A DNA stretch of 64,000 nucleotides from an archaeon (GCA_020057405.1 JAGVFW010000008.1:3218-67217), one strand, 5' to 3'. Shown: positions 16,970 through 25,369, counted from the first letter of the stretch. Numbers and translations: made by a program. Notes: generated from the letters alone by a model not told the origin.

Positions 16970-17554
16970 ATGCTGCCTGTCGCGGCCGTCATGCCGCTTT
17001 CAATACTTGGCGACTTTAGCGACACGCTGGGCGAGCTTGGGTTCGTCATTCGGCTGATGGCTTTTGTCTACATCTTGTTCTGGCTCTTTGCGACGTTTCA
17101 GGACAACCAAATTGTTTTTGGCTTCACCTCGCTCATTGCTGCTTACTTCGTCATTTTCTACGCGTCCGTGATAGTCGTTTTGGCGGTGGTCGTTTTACTC
17201 ATGGTGAACGGGATGTTCATACAGCAGTCGCTCATGTTCGGACTCTTTCCGACATTGGGCAGGGACCAGCACGGTAGCCCCATCGATTACGGCATGCAAA
17301 TGGAGGAGATGAAGAAACAGGAACTCCACGCGCAACTTAACGCCGGAAGGCAGGTAAGCGAGCAGGACATGCAATTCCTCGCGCAAGCGCAACAGAGACA
17401 AGAAATAGCCCAGCAGCAAGTGACTCAGGCAATGCAGAGCATGGGACAACCGAGCAGCCAGCCGCAAGGCGGCTTCGGGTTTGCCCAGCCGCAAACAAGC
17501 CAGCTTTCGGACAGCCTATCAAGCCAGCAAGTTGGAATGAGGAGAATGAGGTGA
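16970..17554 (+). CDS. Membrane protein (3 TM) with a Q-rich C-terminal tail
   Basis: ATG lies 26 nt after a TTTTTAAAA box. Hydrophobic N-terminal half. C-terminal QQRQEIAQQQVTQAMQSMGQPSSQPQGG low-complexity tail. Confidence 0.65.
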   Translation: MLPVAAVMPLSILGDFSDTLGELGFVIRLMAFVYILFWLFATFQDNQIVFGFTSLIAAYFVIFYASVIVVLAVVVLLMVNGMFIQQSLMFGLFPTLGRDQHGSPIDYGMQMEEMKKQELHAQLNAGRQVSEQDMQFLAQAQQRQEIAQQQVTQAMQSMGQPSSQPQGGFGFAQPQTSQLSDSLSSQQVGMRRMR

Positions 17555-17558
17555 GCGG

Positions 17559-17837
17559 ATGAGTTTCTTTGAGGACTTTTTCTTCATGCTGGACTTGGCC
17601 AAGTGGTTTCTCATGCTATATATGGCCTACTGGCTCTACACGTGGGCACGCGACAAGCTAGTCTTTGCCCCAACTATCGGCCTCATCGTCGCCGGCATCC
17701 TAATCTATTTTCTCGTAATCGAGCACCCGTTTATCGGCGCGCTAGGCATTTTTGGCTGGATGATGATTACTGGCGGGCTGATGTACGTCATCGGCACTTT
17801 CGCACCCGGACTCTACATGTTCATGCATCGGAGGTAA
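17559..17837 (+). CDS. Small membrane protein (3 TM)
   Basis: ATG lies 4 nt after GAGGTGA (17548-17554) and 4 nt after the upstream stop. Strongly hydrophobic. Confidence 0.65.
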   Translation: MSFFEDFFFMLDLAKWFLMLYMAYWLYTWARDKLVFAPTIGLIVAGILIYFLVIEHPFIGALGIFGWMMITGGLMYVIGTFAPGLYMFMHRR

Positions 17838-17842
17838 AACAA

Positions 17843-18220
17843 ATGAAACAACGCATACACCACTTCCTCGCTGCCTACAAGCAGACGCACTTTAACAGGG
17901 CGTTTTGGGTGAGCCCCAAGTGGAGGCTCTTCGTCGTGCTTTTAGTCATTGCGACGATGTTTTTGGTCCAGGACTACCTGACCGGCAAGTACTTGGCCGA
18001 ATTCAAGGAGAGCCCCCTTGCGTTTGAGGCACTCGACAAGGTCATGTACTGGTTCGGCGTCGGCATCGTCGTTGGCGCGGCGGCACTCTTCCTCATGTTT
18101 GAAGGCGAGTTCGCAATTGGCATGTGGAATCACTTGAGGCGCGCCGAGCAGGCTGCACTGAAGGAATTTGCGGGCCTGCCGGCAGGCAAGAGAAAAGTGC
18201 GGCGCAAGAAGAAGCGCTAG
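17843..18220 (+). CDS. Small membrane protein (2 TM) with a basic tail
   Basis: In-frame ATG 17843 is preceded by GGAGG (17829-17833). The longer ORF-track start (17603) would overlap the previous gene out of frame and encodes R/H-rich sequence with no protein-like pattern. C-terminal GKRKVRRKKKR. Confidence 0.6.
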   Translation: MKQRIHHFLAAYKQTHFNRAFWVSPKWRLFVVLLVIATMFLVQDYLTGKYLAEFKESPLAFEALDKVMYWFGVGIVVGAAALFLMFEGEFAIGMWNHLRRAEQAALKEFAGLPAGKRKVRRKKKR

Positions 18221-18332
18221 CTGCACCCCCCCCCGCGTCCTACGCCACAAGCCATGGCCACGCTAGGTTTTTTGAAAAACCGGACTCTCGGTGCCCGTCC
18301 CACCACAAAGCGGTTGGGCGCCGAAAGCCGGT

Positions 18333-18647
18333 TTAAACGCCAAGAATAATGGCGATGAGGCCGAAGATGATTACCGCGCCAAAGCCGATGGTGAACCACT
18401 CGGTGAGCTTGGTGAAGTAGGCGAAGAACAAAAGCGCCGCTAGGGCGCCGAAAAGCGGACCCGCTGAAGCCAGCGGAATCAAGATGTTCTCAACTGGCCA
18501 CAATTGTATTTGACCAACGCCGTTAACGAACCAGTGCCCCGAATAGCTATCCGCCTGGCCAGTGAAAATGAGCAGCGTGACCAATATGAATACGAAGAAT
18601 ACCCACTCTTCAGCCGGCAAGTCCAGGAATAAAGCCATAAAACACAC
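18333..18647 (-). CDS. Small membrane protein (3 TM)
   Basis: Hydrophobic 104-aa ORF, divergent from the 18747 operon. A TATTTAAG element lies about 33 nt upstream. Confidence 0.55.
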   Translation of the reverse strand: MCFMALFLDLPAEEWVFFVFILVTLLIFTGQADSYSGHWFVNGVGQIQLWPVENILIPLASAGPLFGALAALLFFAYFTKLTEWFTIGFGAVIIFGLIAIILGV

Positions 18648-18746
18648 CCTTACAACTACTTTATAGTAGTTACAAGTATTTAAGGTTTGGTGCTTTAAAA
18701 GCGGGTAGCGGAGGATATTTAAGCGGCGGGCGGATTAGTTAGCTGC

Positions 18747-18974
18747 ATGAGCGAGTTTTTCGACGCGCTTGGGGTAATCGTCCTCATACTTGATTTCGTC
18801 ATGCTCTACAGGCTCTTTTACCCCGCAGTGGTAAGCAGCAACTTCATCGCACTCATGCTCACTACGCTTGTCGCCTTCCTCCTCCTAGTTCCCTACCCGT
18901 GGCTCGCCTGGGTGATGTTCGCGGCGCTCTTCATGCAAGGGTTTTTCGCACAGTTGTCGGAGCACCAGTGGTAA
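18747..18974 (+). CDS. Small membrane protein (2-3 TM)
   Basis: ATG lies about 29 nt after ATATTTAA (18715-18722). First gene of a tightly packed three-gene set. Confidence 0.55.
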   Translation: MSEFFDALGVIVLILDFVMLYRLFYPAVVSSNFIALMLTTLVAFLLLVPYPWLAWVMFAALFMQGFFAQLSEHQW

Positions 18975-18975
18975 G

Positions 18976-19263
18976 ATGGACTTCACTTTCCTTTTCCTCA
19001 TTATCCTCATGCTGATGGCCTACCAGTCGGGCTTGGGCTTAATTGCCGCGGGCCTGTTCGTCGTAACGCTCGTGATGGCTAAAAACAAGTTCCTCATGGC
19101 TGCAGCTGCGGTCGGGGGGCTGGCCTTGGGCGCGCTCTTCCTCGGGTTTGGCGAGGAAAGTACGCTTATTATTGGCGGGGCGCTGTTCCTAGTGTTCATT
19201 CTTTTGGCTTGGAAGGACGACCAACCCGGCGGACAGCCGGGATATCCGGGAATGGGTTATTAG
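18976..19263 (+). CDS. Small membrane protein (3 TM)
   Basis: Starts 1 nt after the upstream stop. Hydrophobic, with a G/P-rich C-terminus (QPGGQPGYPGMGY). Confidence 0.55.
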   Translation: MDFTFLFLIILMLMAYQSGLGLIAAGLFVVTLVMAKNKFLMAAAAVGGLALGALFLGFGEESTLIIGGALFLVFILLAWKDDQPGGQPGYPGMGY

Positions 19264-19270
19264 TGATAAA

Positions 19271-19582
19271 ATGAACTTTTTGCTCGCCGCACTGCTTTTC
19301 TTCCTCACCTGGTGGTTTGCAGACCAGGGGCTATATTTCTTCTCAATGCTCTTCATCATCGTCCTCGTCATGGTGGCGATTGCCGAGGGCAACAAGCCCC
19401 CCACTACCAAGGTGATGATGCAAGTAAACGCACACCCGGCGGCCTCGCCGGCAATCGCGCCTCACCCGGAGTGGAATGACGACAGGATTGAGAAGTTCGG
19501 GCGCGGGCTGGCAAACGTAATTCTAGTGCCGTTGAAAATCTTGTGGAAGCTCCTCAACTACGCGTGGGGAAACAGGAAATAA
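19271..19582 (+). CDS. Small membrane protein (2 TM)
   Basis: Starts 7 nt after the upstream stop. Two hydrophobic helices followed by a soluble tail. Confidence 0.55.
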   Translation: MNFLLAALLFFLTWWFADQGLYFFSMLFIIVLVMVAIAEGNKPPTTKVMMQVNAHPAASPAIAPHPEWNDDRIEKFGRGLANVILVPLKILWKLLNYAWGNRK

Positions 19583-19584
19583 AA

Positions 19585-19944
19585 TCAGTTTTTGAGCCGC
19601 AAGAGAATGTCGCGGTTTGTTTCCAGAATCTTCTTGTTTGTTTCTTGTAGGGCCTTTAGCAGGGCGAGGGCCTCGTTTAGCTTGTCGCCAATGTCTCCCG
19701 ACGGTCCCGAGGCTTGGGAGGGCAGGGGCTTTGAAAACAGGCTGTCGGGTGCTTGTGGGGATGCCGGGGGCGCCATGGGCTTTAAAGTCTCGGTCGCCTT
19801 GCGAAAGACTTCCTCTGGGTTGCCGACGCCAAGCTGGCGAAGGTTTTCGAGAACTTCTGCCTCAGCCATGCCGGACTTGAGCATGTCGCGGATGGCGGCG
19901 TTCAAGTCAGCCAAACAAGTGCACCGGCAATCATTACTGCGCAA
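19585..19944 (-). CDS. Hypothetical protein with a C-terminal coiled coil
   Basis: ORF of 119 aa. The N-terminal 20-25 codons (Cys/Arg-rich) abut the TATA box of the divergent gene, so the true start is probably Met21 (19884) or Met26 (19869, MAEAEVLENL..). C-terminus: LNEALALLKALQETNKKILETNRDILLRLKN. Confidence 0.45.
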   Translation of the reverse strand: MRSNDCRCTCLADLNAAIRDMLKSGMAEAEVLENLRQLGVGNPEEVFRKATETLKPMAPPASPQAPDSLFSKPLPSQASGPSGDIGDKLNEALALLKALQETNKKILETNRDILLRLKN

Positions 19945-19946
19945 GG

Positions 19947-19955
19947 CTTTTTATG
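19947..19955 (+). promoter_or_regulatory. TATA-like box (CTTTTTATG) for the 19976 gene
   Basis: Centre lies about 25 nt upstream of the GTG start. Confidence 0.4.
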
Positions 19956-19975
19956 CCTAGTGACGTAAGCAAATC

Positions 19976-21475
19976 GTGGAACTTGATTTCCCGTTCGGCC
20001 CGTGGAAGCGCGTGGTCTTTGGCAACTGGGGAGAATACCCTACGGGCATCTACTCGAATCCCGACAGGCTCATCCTCTTGGCCGTCTTTGAGCGCGACGA
20101 GGCGGGAGTAAAGGGAGTACTTACCATGCTTGCAAAGGCCTTTGTCACCGACGCGGACCTAAGCAAGGCAGCCCGCGCGCAAAAGCGGGAAGTGACGATT
20201 ATCGAGAAGCACAGCGTGGAGTCCAGCCGACGGTACGCCATCGTGAGCACTGCGCCCATCTACTCGCCTTACTCGCAAAAGGCCATAGTTGATGCCATCA
20301 ACAGGCAGGCGGGAGAAGTAAAGGTGATTGCAAAGTCGGTTGAGGAGCTTGCGGAGGCTTACGGCAGCAAGGCAAAGGACCTGGCAGTAGCTTCTGACGA
20401 GGAGGCAAACGCGCTTTTGGGCGATCCGTTTCTCATCATGGCACTCGTTAACCCACGGGCGCCGCCGACGAAGGAAAGCTTAAGCACCACGGTAGTGCAC
20501 GTTGGCGCAAGCGGGGCCGGAGAGCCAGTGTCGGTGCCCCTGCAGTCGCTGGCAACGGCAGTCGTCGCCGGGGGCAGCCGCGAGCAGCGCTTGGCTGCAG
20601 TGCAGGTGCTGTGCGAAGACGCCCTTGCAAACAGCGTGCCCGTCGTCATCATCGATTCGAGCAATTCTTTTGCGGGCCTGGCATCGCCAAACCGCCTCAC
20701 GCGCGACTTTACGAAATTCAAGATGACTGCGATGCCCCTGGGTTTTCCCTACCGCGACTACCGGCTTGGCAGTGGCTTTTACGTCGACTTGGCGGGGCTT
20801 GACGCAAAGACGTTCACAAAATGCTTGGGCTTGTCGCAAACGAGCCCGGGGGACGCGATTGAGGCAGCGTGGAGGCCCGACGCACACGCTATCTCGGATT
20901 TGATTGAGCAAATTGAGGCGCACGGCACTGCAAGCAAGGAACCCTCGGCGGCTTATGATGCGGCTAAGGCCAAGCGCGCCATCCGAGTTGCGGAAAAGAC
21001 GCTGCAGGGCATTTTCGCCAAGTTCGTCGAAGGAGAACTGCTCGCGCCGTGGCAGGAAGGCATTGGCAGGGCTTTCCACCTTGACGCGTCCGGCTACGGG
21101 GACGCGGGCCAGAACCTCGCAATCGCCTCTCTTCTTAACGCAGTTAAGCCGCCGAAAGGAAAGCGGCTGCGCGCCGTTGTTGCCTTTGAGGCCGACTTGG
21201 CAGTAGTGCAGGACGAAGTGCTTGAGCTGATTAACTCGATGAGGGGCAACGGGCTTGGCTTCATTTTGCACGCCGAGCACGAACTGGACGCCCAGCTCAT
21301 TCCCAACGCCGAGCTAAAGCTTGAGCTAATCAAGAACGAGATTGTCGCAACAGTGGTTGGTCAAAAACCCGCCCGCTTTTTCTTAAGGCCCACTTACACC
21401 GATGCGCCTTACGCGCGGCAAGAGCCCCAGCCACAGATTGCAAGGCGACCCGCCCCCACTCAAACCACCGGCTGA
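19976..21475 (+). CDS. Hypothetical 499-aa protein; possible degenerate HerA/FtsK-like ATPase fold lacking a Walker A motif
   Basis: GTG start about 25 nt after CTTTTTATG. Size and local patterns echo HerA/DUF87. VAGGSREQRLAAVQVLCEDALANSVPVVIIDSSNSFAGLA resembles G.TGSGKS......L....G.PVVVIDPHGEY.GLA. RAVVAFEADL resembles ..LVIDEAH. RGNGLGFILHAEHELD resembles EGRK.G.GL.L.TQRPS.L. No GxxxxGK[ST] occurs anywhere in the protein. Confidence 0.6.
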   Translation: MELDFPFGPWKRVVFGNWGEYPTGIYSNPDRLILLAVFERDEAGVKGVLTMLAKAFVTDADLSKAARAQKREVTIIEKHSVESSRRYAIVSTAPIYSPYSQKAIVDAINRQAGEVKVIAKSVEELAEAYGSKAKDLAVASDEEANALLGDPFLIMALVNPRAPPTKESLSTTVVHVGASGAGEPVSVPLQSLATAVVAGGSREQRLAAVQVLCEDALANSVPVVIIDSSNSFAGLASPNRLTRDFTKFKMTAMPLGFPYRDYRLGSGFYVDLAGLDAKTFTKCLGLSQTSPGDAIEAAWRPDAHAISDLIEQIEAHGTASKEPSAAYDAAKAKRAIRVAEKTLQGIFAKFVEGELLAPWQEGIGRAFHLDASGYGDAGQNLAIASLLNAVKPPKGKRLRAVVAFEADLAVVQDEVLELINSMRGNGLGFILHAEHELDAQLIPNAELKLELIKNEIVATVVGQKPARFFLRPTYTDAPYARQEPQPQIARRPAPTQTTG

Positions 21476-21480
21476 GCACA

Positions 21481-22017
21481 ATGGCCAAGGTACTTTCCGA
21501 AAAGCAGGTGTTCAAAGGCACTGTTTTTGCGGTAAAGGAACTGCAGGCCGAGCTGCCGAACGGCAAGCGCATGAAATTCAACGTCGTAGAGAAGAACGAC
21601 TCTGCGATGATTGTCCCAATCACCGACGACGGACAGCTAGTGCTGCAAAAAGAGTACTTCGTTGCCAGCGATGTCTACATGCTCAGCCTGCCGAAGGGAG
21701 CGATGGCCGACGGGGAACACCGCCTTGACGCGGCTAACCGCGAACTCCAGGAAGAGGCGGGCTACAAGGCGGGAGAACTCATTGAACTGGGCACACTTAC
21801 CGTCTCGCCCGGCTACATACGGCAGAAGACGCACGTCTTCCTCGCCAGAAAGCTCACCGAAAGCAGACTTTCCGGCGACGAGGACGAGGAAATTGAAGTC
21901 AAGAGAATCCCGTTTGCCGACTTCGAGAAGCTAGTCTACAGCCACGAAATCAGCGAAGCGCGCGTGATTGCCGCGCTCTTCCTTGCAAAGAAATACTTGG
22001 AAACAAACAAGAAATAG
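21481..22017 (+). CDS. NUDIX hydrolase (ADP-ribose pyrophosphatase-like)
   Basis: Nudix box GAMADGEHRLDAANRELQEEAGY fits G-x5-E-x7-REUxEExGU. Starts 5 nt after the upstream stop. Confidence 0.85.
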   Translation: MAKVLSEKQVFKGTVFAVKELQAELPNGKRMKFNVVEKNDSAMIVPITDDGQLVLQKEYFVASDVYMLSLPKGAMADGEHRLDAANRELQEEAGYKAGELIELGTLTVSPGYIRQKTHVFLARKLTESRLSGDEDEEIEVKRIPFADFEKLVYSHEISEARVIAALFLAKKYLETNKK

Positions 22018-22020
22018 GAA

Positions 22021-22479
22021 TTAGATTCGCTTGAATAAGCCGGAAGCACCGCCCCCCGCGCCCCTTTGGGCCGGAGGCTTTTCGTCGGATTCCTTCTTGG
22101 CGGCCTTTAGCGCACCCAGTTTTTCCTCGAGCAAGTCGCGCACTTGAGTGATGGTGGCGTAATCTAGGGGGTTTATCGTGTCGAGAACGTAGCGCAGCTC
22201 GCGGAGCTCTTGTTTTGTGGCAAACTTCTTCTCCAAATCTTCCTGCGAGGCAGTTGAGGGACGGTTGCCGGAACTTGGGGAAAAACCGCCCGACGCGGCC
22301 TGCTCTTCTAGCTTCTTGAGCCTGCCGTTTAGCGCAATCATCGTGCGGCCGATGACTTCCTCGTTCTTCTCCATCGTGCGCAGCTTCTGGGCGATTAAGC
22401 CCAGCTTGGAGTCGAGGCTGCGCAGGTCGGCCATCACACTCTCGATAACTTCAGCTTTTGCCATTGCTACCTCAAGCAT
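22021..22479 (-). CDS. Coiled-coil protein, unknown function
   Basis: Heptad-rich helical sequence with a G/S/P linker. The probable real start is Met6 (ATG 22464, MAKAEVIESV..), about 30 nt from the CTTATATTAAG box. Confidence 0.6.
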   Translation of the reverse strand: MLEVAMAKAEVIESVMADLRSLDSKLGLIAQKLRTMEKNEEVIGRTMIALNGRLKKLEEQAASGGFSPSSGNRPSTASQEDLEKKFATKQELRELRYVLDTINPLDYATITQVRDLLEEKLGALKAAKKESDEKPPAQRGAGGGASGLFKRI

Positions 22480-22488
22480 TAGGCAAAC

Positions 22489-22499
22489 CTTATATTAAG
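22489..22499. promoter_or_regulatory. Shared TATA-like box (CTTATATTAAG) between divergent genes
   Basis: Lies about 27-30 nt from both ATG 22464 (minus strand) and GTG 22521 (plus strand). Confidence 0.4.
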
Positions 22500-22520
22500 G
22501 GATTTCGAGAAAGGCTTGTC

Positions 22521-22895
22521 GTGCAGCTTAACATTCACGAACACGTCAAGACGCTCAAGTCTACGGGAGCGAGATTCGTAGTTGAAAGAAACGCGAAGGT
22601 GGCGTCGGGACAGCCGGTGCGCCAAAACGACTGGAAAATTACCGAGGTCACGCCTGCGACAGTGACCTTTTTCCGAAGTGAAGGCAAGAAAGCCGCCGTT
22701 AAAACCGTCTCGCATGCAGAATTTGCCGAATGGCAGTTTAATTGGCTCGGGTTAATGGAAAAGCGGGTGCAGAAAGAATCTGGGAGCATTAGACAACAGC
22801 CGTTAACCAGGGCGAGGGTGTACCAAGAAAACCAAGTGACCGATCCGATTCGGGCCATTTACGATGCCGTGATAAGGCACCGGACCGGCGTCTGA
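22521..22895 (+). CDS. Hypothetical protein
   Basis: The ORF track gives 22458-22895, but its first 21 codons overlap the divergent gene and the TATA box. GTG 22521 (or TTG 22515) lies about 27 nt downstream of CTTATATTAAG. No recognised domain. Confidence 0.45.
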   Translation: MQLNIHEHVKTLKSTGARFVVERNAKVASGQPVRQNDWKITEVTPATVTFFRSEGKKAAVKTVSHAEFAEWQFNWLGLMEKRVQKESGSIRQQPLTRARVYQENQVTDPIRAIYDAVIRHRTGV

Positions 22896-22951
22896 CCTGC
22901 CCCGCTTTTAAATCGCCACTGTTTTTAGCCCTTCCCGTCCATTCTACTAGC

Positions 22952-25369
22952 ATGAAGGCGTTCCTGCTTGAAGTCGAGCCCTCCGCACGCAGGGGCCAAA
23001 GCGGGGTACGACTTTTCCTAAAGACGCCGGGCGGAAAGAGCGTGGCCGCTTTTGCGCCCTTCGAACCATATTTTTACCTAGTGCCAAACGGAGACATTTC
23101 GCAGGCCGCAGTGCAAATAATGGCCGTGAAGGCCCTGTCGCGAAACGAGATGATCGGCGTAAAGCGGACCGAGGAAATCGAGCGCAACGCATTTGGCAAC
23201 GCGACAAAGATGCTAAAAGTGTTCACGCACGCCCCCGGCCACGTGCCTGCCTTGCGGGAAGAGTGCAAAGCCTTCGGGCAGTCATACGAGCACACCATCC
23301 TCTTTACTAGGCGCTTTGTCATCGACTCTGGCCTGGTGCCGGGAGCGCTTGCCGAATTCGAGCTGGACGAGCACAAAACAGTTAAGTCGTGGAAGAACTT
23401 GCCCCCCGAGGAGGCGTTCGCGACGATGCCGCCACTGCGCACGCTGACTTTTGACATCGAGACGCACAACCCGGGCGGCATTTCGCGGCCAGAGAAGGAC
23501 CCGATTTTGATGGTGAGCTACTCTGCCGACGACGGCGAGGGCGTCATTACTTATGCGAAAAGCGCGGTTGGAAAGAAGTTCGTCAAGCTTGTCAAGGGAG
23601 AAAAGGAAATGCTTGAGGCATTCGTCGCGCTTGTGAAAGAGAAGAAGGCCGACCTCATCTGCGGCTACAATTCCGACGAGTTCGACTTGCCTTACATGAT
23701 GGAGCGCGCAAGCAAGCTGCGCACCGACTTCAACATCGGCCGCGGGAAGAAAGGCCGCGTCACGCTCAAGAAGCTCGGCCTGCGCAGGCGCGCCCGCGTT
23801 GCCGGCCGCATCCACTTCGACGCGTTCTCGCCAGCGTCATTCATGGACTTTACTGGCACAGTCAAGTTCCCACGCCTGACTTTGGGCGCAGTCTACGAGA
23901 CGCTGTCGGGCGACAAGAAGATTGACACCGACAAGACCGCGATTTGGAAGGCATGGGACGCTGGTGGCGAAGCGCTTGCACACCTCTTTGACTACTCGCT
24001 TGCCGACTCGCGGGCCTGCCGCAAAGTGATGGAGTTCGAGCTGCCGCTTGAGATTGCAATGGGCCGCGTCACGCGCATGACGCTCTTTGACGTCAGCAGA
24101 ACCACGCCAGGGCAGATGGTGGAATCGCTTTTAATGCGCCGCGCGTTTGAGCGCGGGGAAATCGTGCCAAACAAGCCCGACTACTCTACCGTCCAGGCGA
24201 GGCTTGACGACCAAATCCAGGGCGCCTATGTCAAGGTCCCGATGCCCGGAGTTTACGAGAACATTGCGGTCTTCGACTTCCGCTCGCTTTACCCGAGCAT
24301 CATCACTTCGCACAACATCGACCCGTTTACGCTAAACTGCAGCTGCTGCGGGGATGACGCGTTTGTCGCCCCGACGGGCAGCAAGTTCTGCGTGAAGAAG
24401 AAGGGCATCGTGCCGGAAACTCTTGAGAAAGTGCTTGACGAGCGCACTAGCCTCAAAGCCAAGCTCAAGAAGCTCGAGAAGGGCAGCACTGAATACAAGC
24501 TTACCGACGCGCACCAGTGGGCGCTCAAAATCTTGGCAAACAGCACTTACGGCTATCTAGTCTACAGCCGGTCGCGCTATTATTCACGCGAGTGCGGCGA
24601 GGCGATTACCGCCTTGGCGCGAAAGTACATCCAGGATACCATGGCTGACGCCGAGAAAGCTGGCTTTGAGGTGCTCTACGGTGATACTGATTCGTGCTTT
24701 TTACTCCTCGGGAGCCAGAAACGCGAGGACGCTGAGGCGTTCCGGCACGAGGTCAACAAGAAGTTGCCTGGCCGGATGGAATTGGAACTGGAGGACATTT
24801 ACCCGCGCGGGATTTTTGTGAGCAAGAAGCAGGGGGAGAAGGGGGCGAAGAAGAAGTACGCCCTCATTAACGCTGCCGGCGCCATCAAGATCCGCGGCTT
24901 TGAGCTCGTGCGGCGCGACTGGAGCCTGGTTGCGCGCAACACGCAGAGAAAAGTGCTTGAAATACTGCTCAAGGAAGGCGATTTGCCAAAGGCAAAAGAC
25001 CTCGTGCGGGGAGTTCTCGAAGACTTGCGGGGAGGGAAAATGCCGCTTAAGGACCTTGCCATCACAACGCAGTTGCGAAAGAGCGCGGGCAGTTATGATA
25101 TCATGTCACCAGAGCTAAGCGCGGTGCAAAAAGCGAAGGCCGCGGGCGTGAGGGTTGAGGAGCACGCGCTAATCGAATACATCATAACCAAGCAGGGCAA
25201 GACAATCAGCGAAAAAGCCCAGCTCCTAGAGCTTGCGAAAGACTATGACGCGGACTACTACGTCAACAACCAGTTAATGCCCGCGGTGCTAAAGATATTG
25301 GGCGCACTCGGGGTTGACGGGGAAGACATCAAGACGAAAAGCTCGCAAAAGTCGCTTGGCGACTGGTAA
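22952..25369 (+). CDS. polB: Family B DNA polymerase (archaeal PolB)
   Basis: Exo I FDIETHN, Exo II YNSDEFDLPY, Exo III YSLADS. Pol motif A DFRSLYPSII, motif B KILANSTYGY, motif C YGDTDS. The motifs are contiguous, with no intein. Confidence 0.95.
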   Translation: MKAFLLEVEPSARRGQSGVRLFLKTPGGKSVAAFAPFEPYFYLVPNGDISQAAVQIMAVKALSRNEMIGVKRTEEIERNAFGNATKMLKVFTHAPGHVPALREECKAFGQSYEHTILFTRRFVIDSGLVPGALAEFELDEHKTVKSWKNLPPEEAFATMPPLRTLTFDIETHNPGGISRPEKDPILMVSYSADDGEGVITYAKSAVGKKFVKLVKGEKEMLEAFVALVKEKKADLICGYNSDEFDLPYMMERASKLRTDFNIGRGKKGRVTLKKLGLRRRARVAGRIHFDAFSPASFMDFTGTVKFPRLTLGAVYETLSGDKKIDTDKTAIWKAWDAGGEALAHLFDYSLADSRACRKVMEFELPLEIAMGRVTRMTLFDVSRTTPGQMVESLLMRRAFERGEIVPNKPDYSTVQARLDDQIQGAYVKVPMPGVYENIAVFDFRSLYPSIITSHNIDPFTLNCSCCGDDAFVAPTGSKFCVKKKGIVPETLEKVLDERTSLKAKLKKLEKGSTEYKLTDAHQWALKILANSTYGYLVYSRSRYYSRECGEAITALARKYIQDTMADAEKAGFEVLYGDTDSCFLLLGSQKREDAEAFRHEVNKKLPGRMELELEDIYPRGIFVSKKQGEKGAKKKYALINAAGAIKIRGFELVRRDWSLVARNTQRKVLEILLKEGDLPKAKDLVRGVLEDLRGGKMPLKDLAITTQLRKSAGSYDIMSPELSAVQKAKAAGVRVEEHALIEYIITKQGKTISEKAQLLELAKDYDADYYVNNQLMPAVLKILGALGVDGEDIKTKSSQKSLGDW

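Noticed and set aside
17603-17842. N-terminal 80 codons of ORF 17603-18220
   Set aside because: It overlaps the hydrophobic ORF 17559-17837 out of frame and encodes R/H-rich sequence with no protein-like pattern. The in-frame ATG 17843 with a GGAGG SD gives a sensible membrane protein.
20480-21280. 266-aa minus-strand ORF antisense to the HerA-like gene (plus smaller ones at 20359-20721 and 21094-21333)
   Set aside because: It is antisense to a gene that has a promoter at the right distance and a tightly coupled downstream NUDIX gene. Its product is R/L/A-rich and featureless.
19869-22464. Possible paralogy of the two coiled-coil proteins flanking the HerA-like/NUDIX pair (MAEAEVLENL vs MAKAEVIESV)
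   Set aside because: The similarity is limited to about 10 N-terminal residues and depends on unverified internal start codons. It is too short to distinguish from chance.
22952-25369. Possible intein or split in the family-B polymerase
   Set aside because: The Exo I-III and Pol A-C motifs are contiguous at normal spacing in an 805-aa protein. There are no intein blocks, no extra ~400-aa insert and no LAGLIDADG motif inside.
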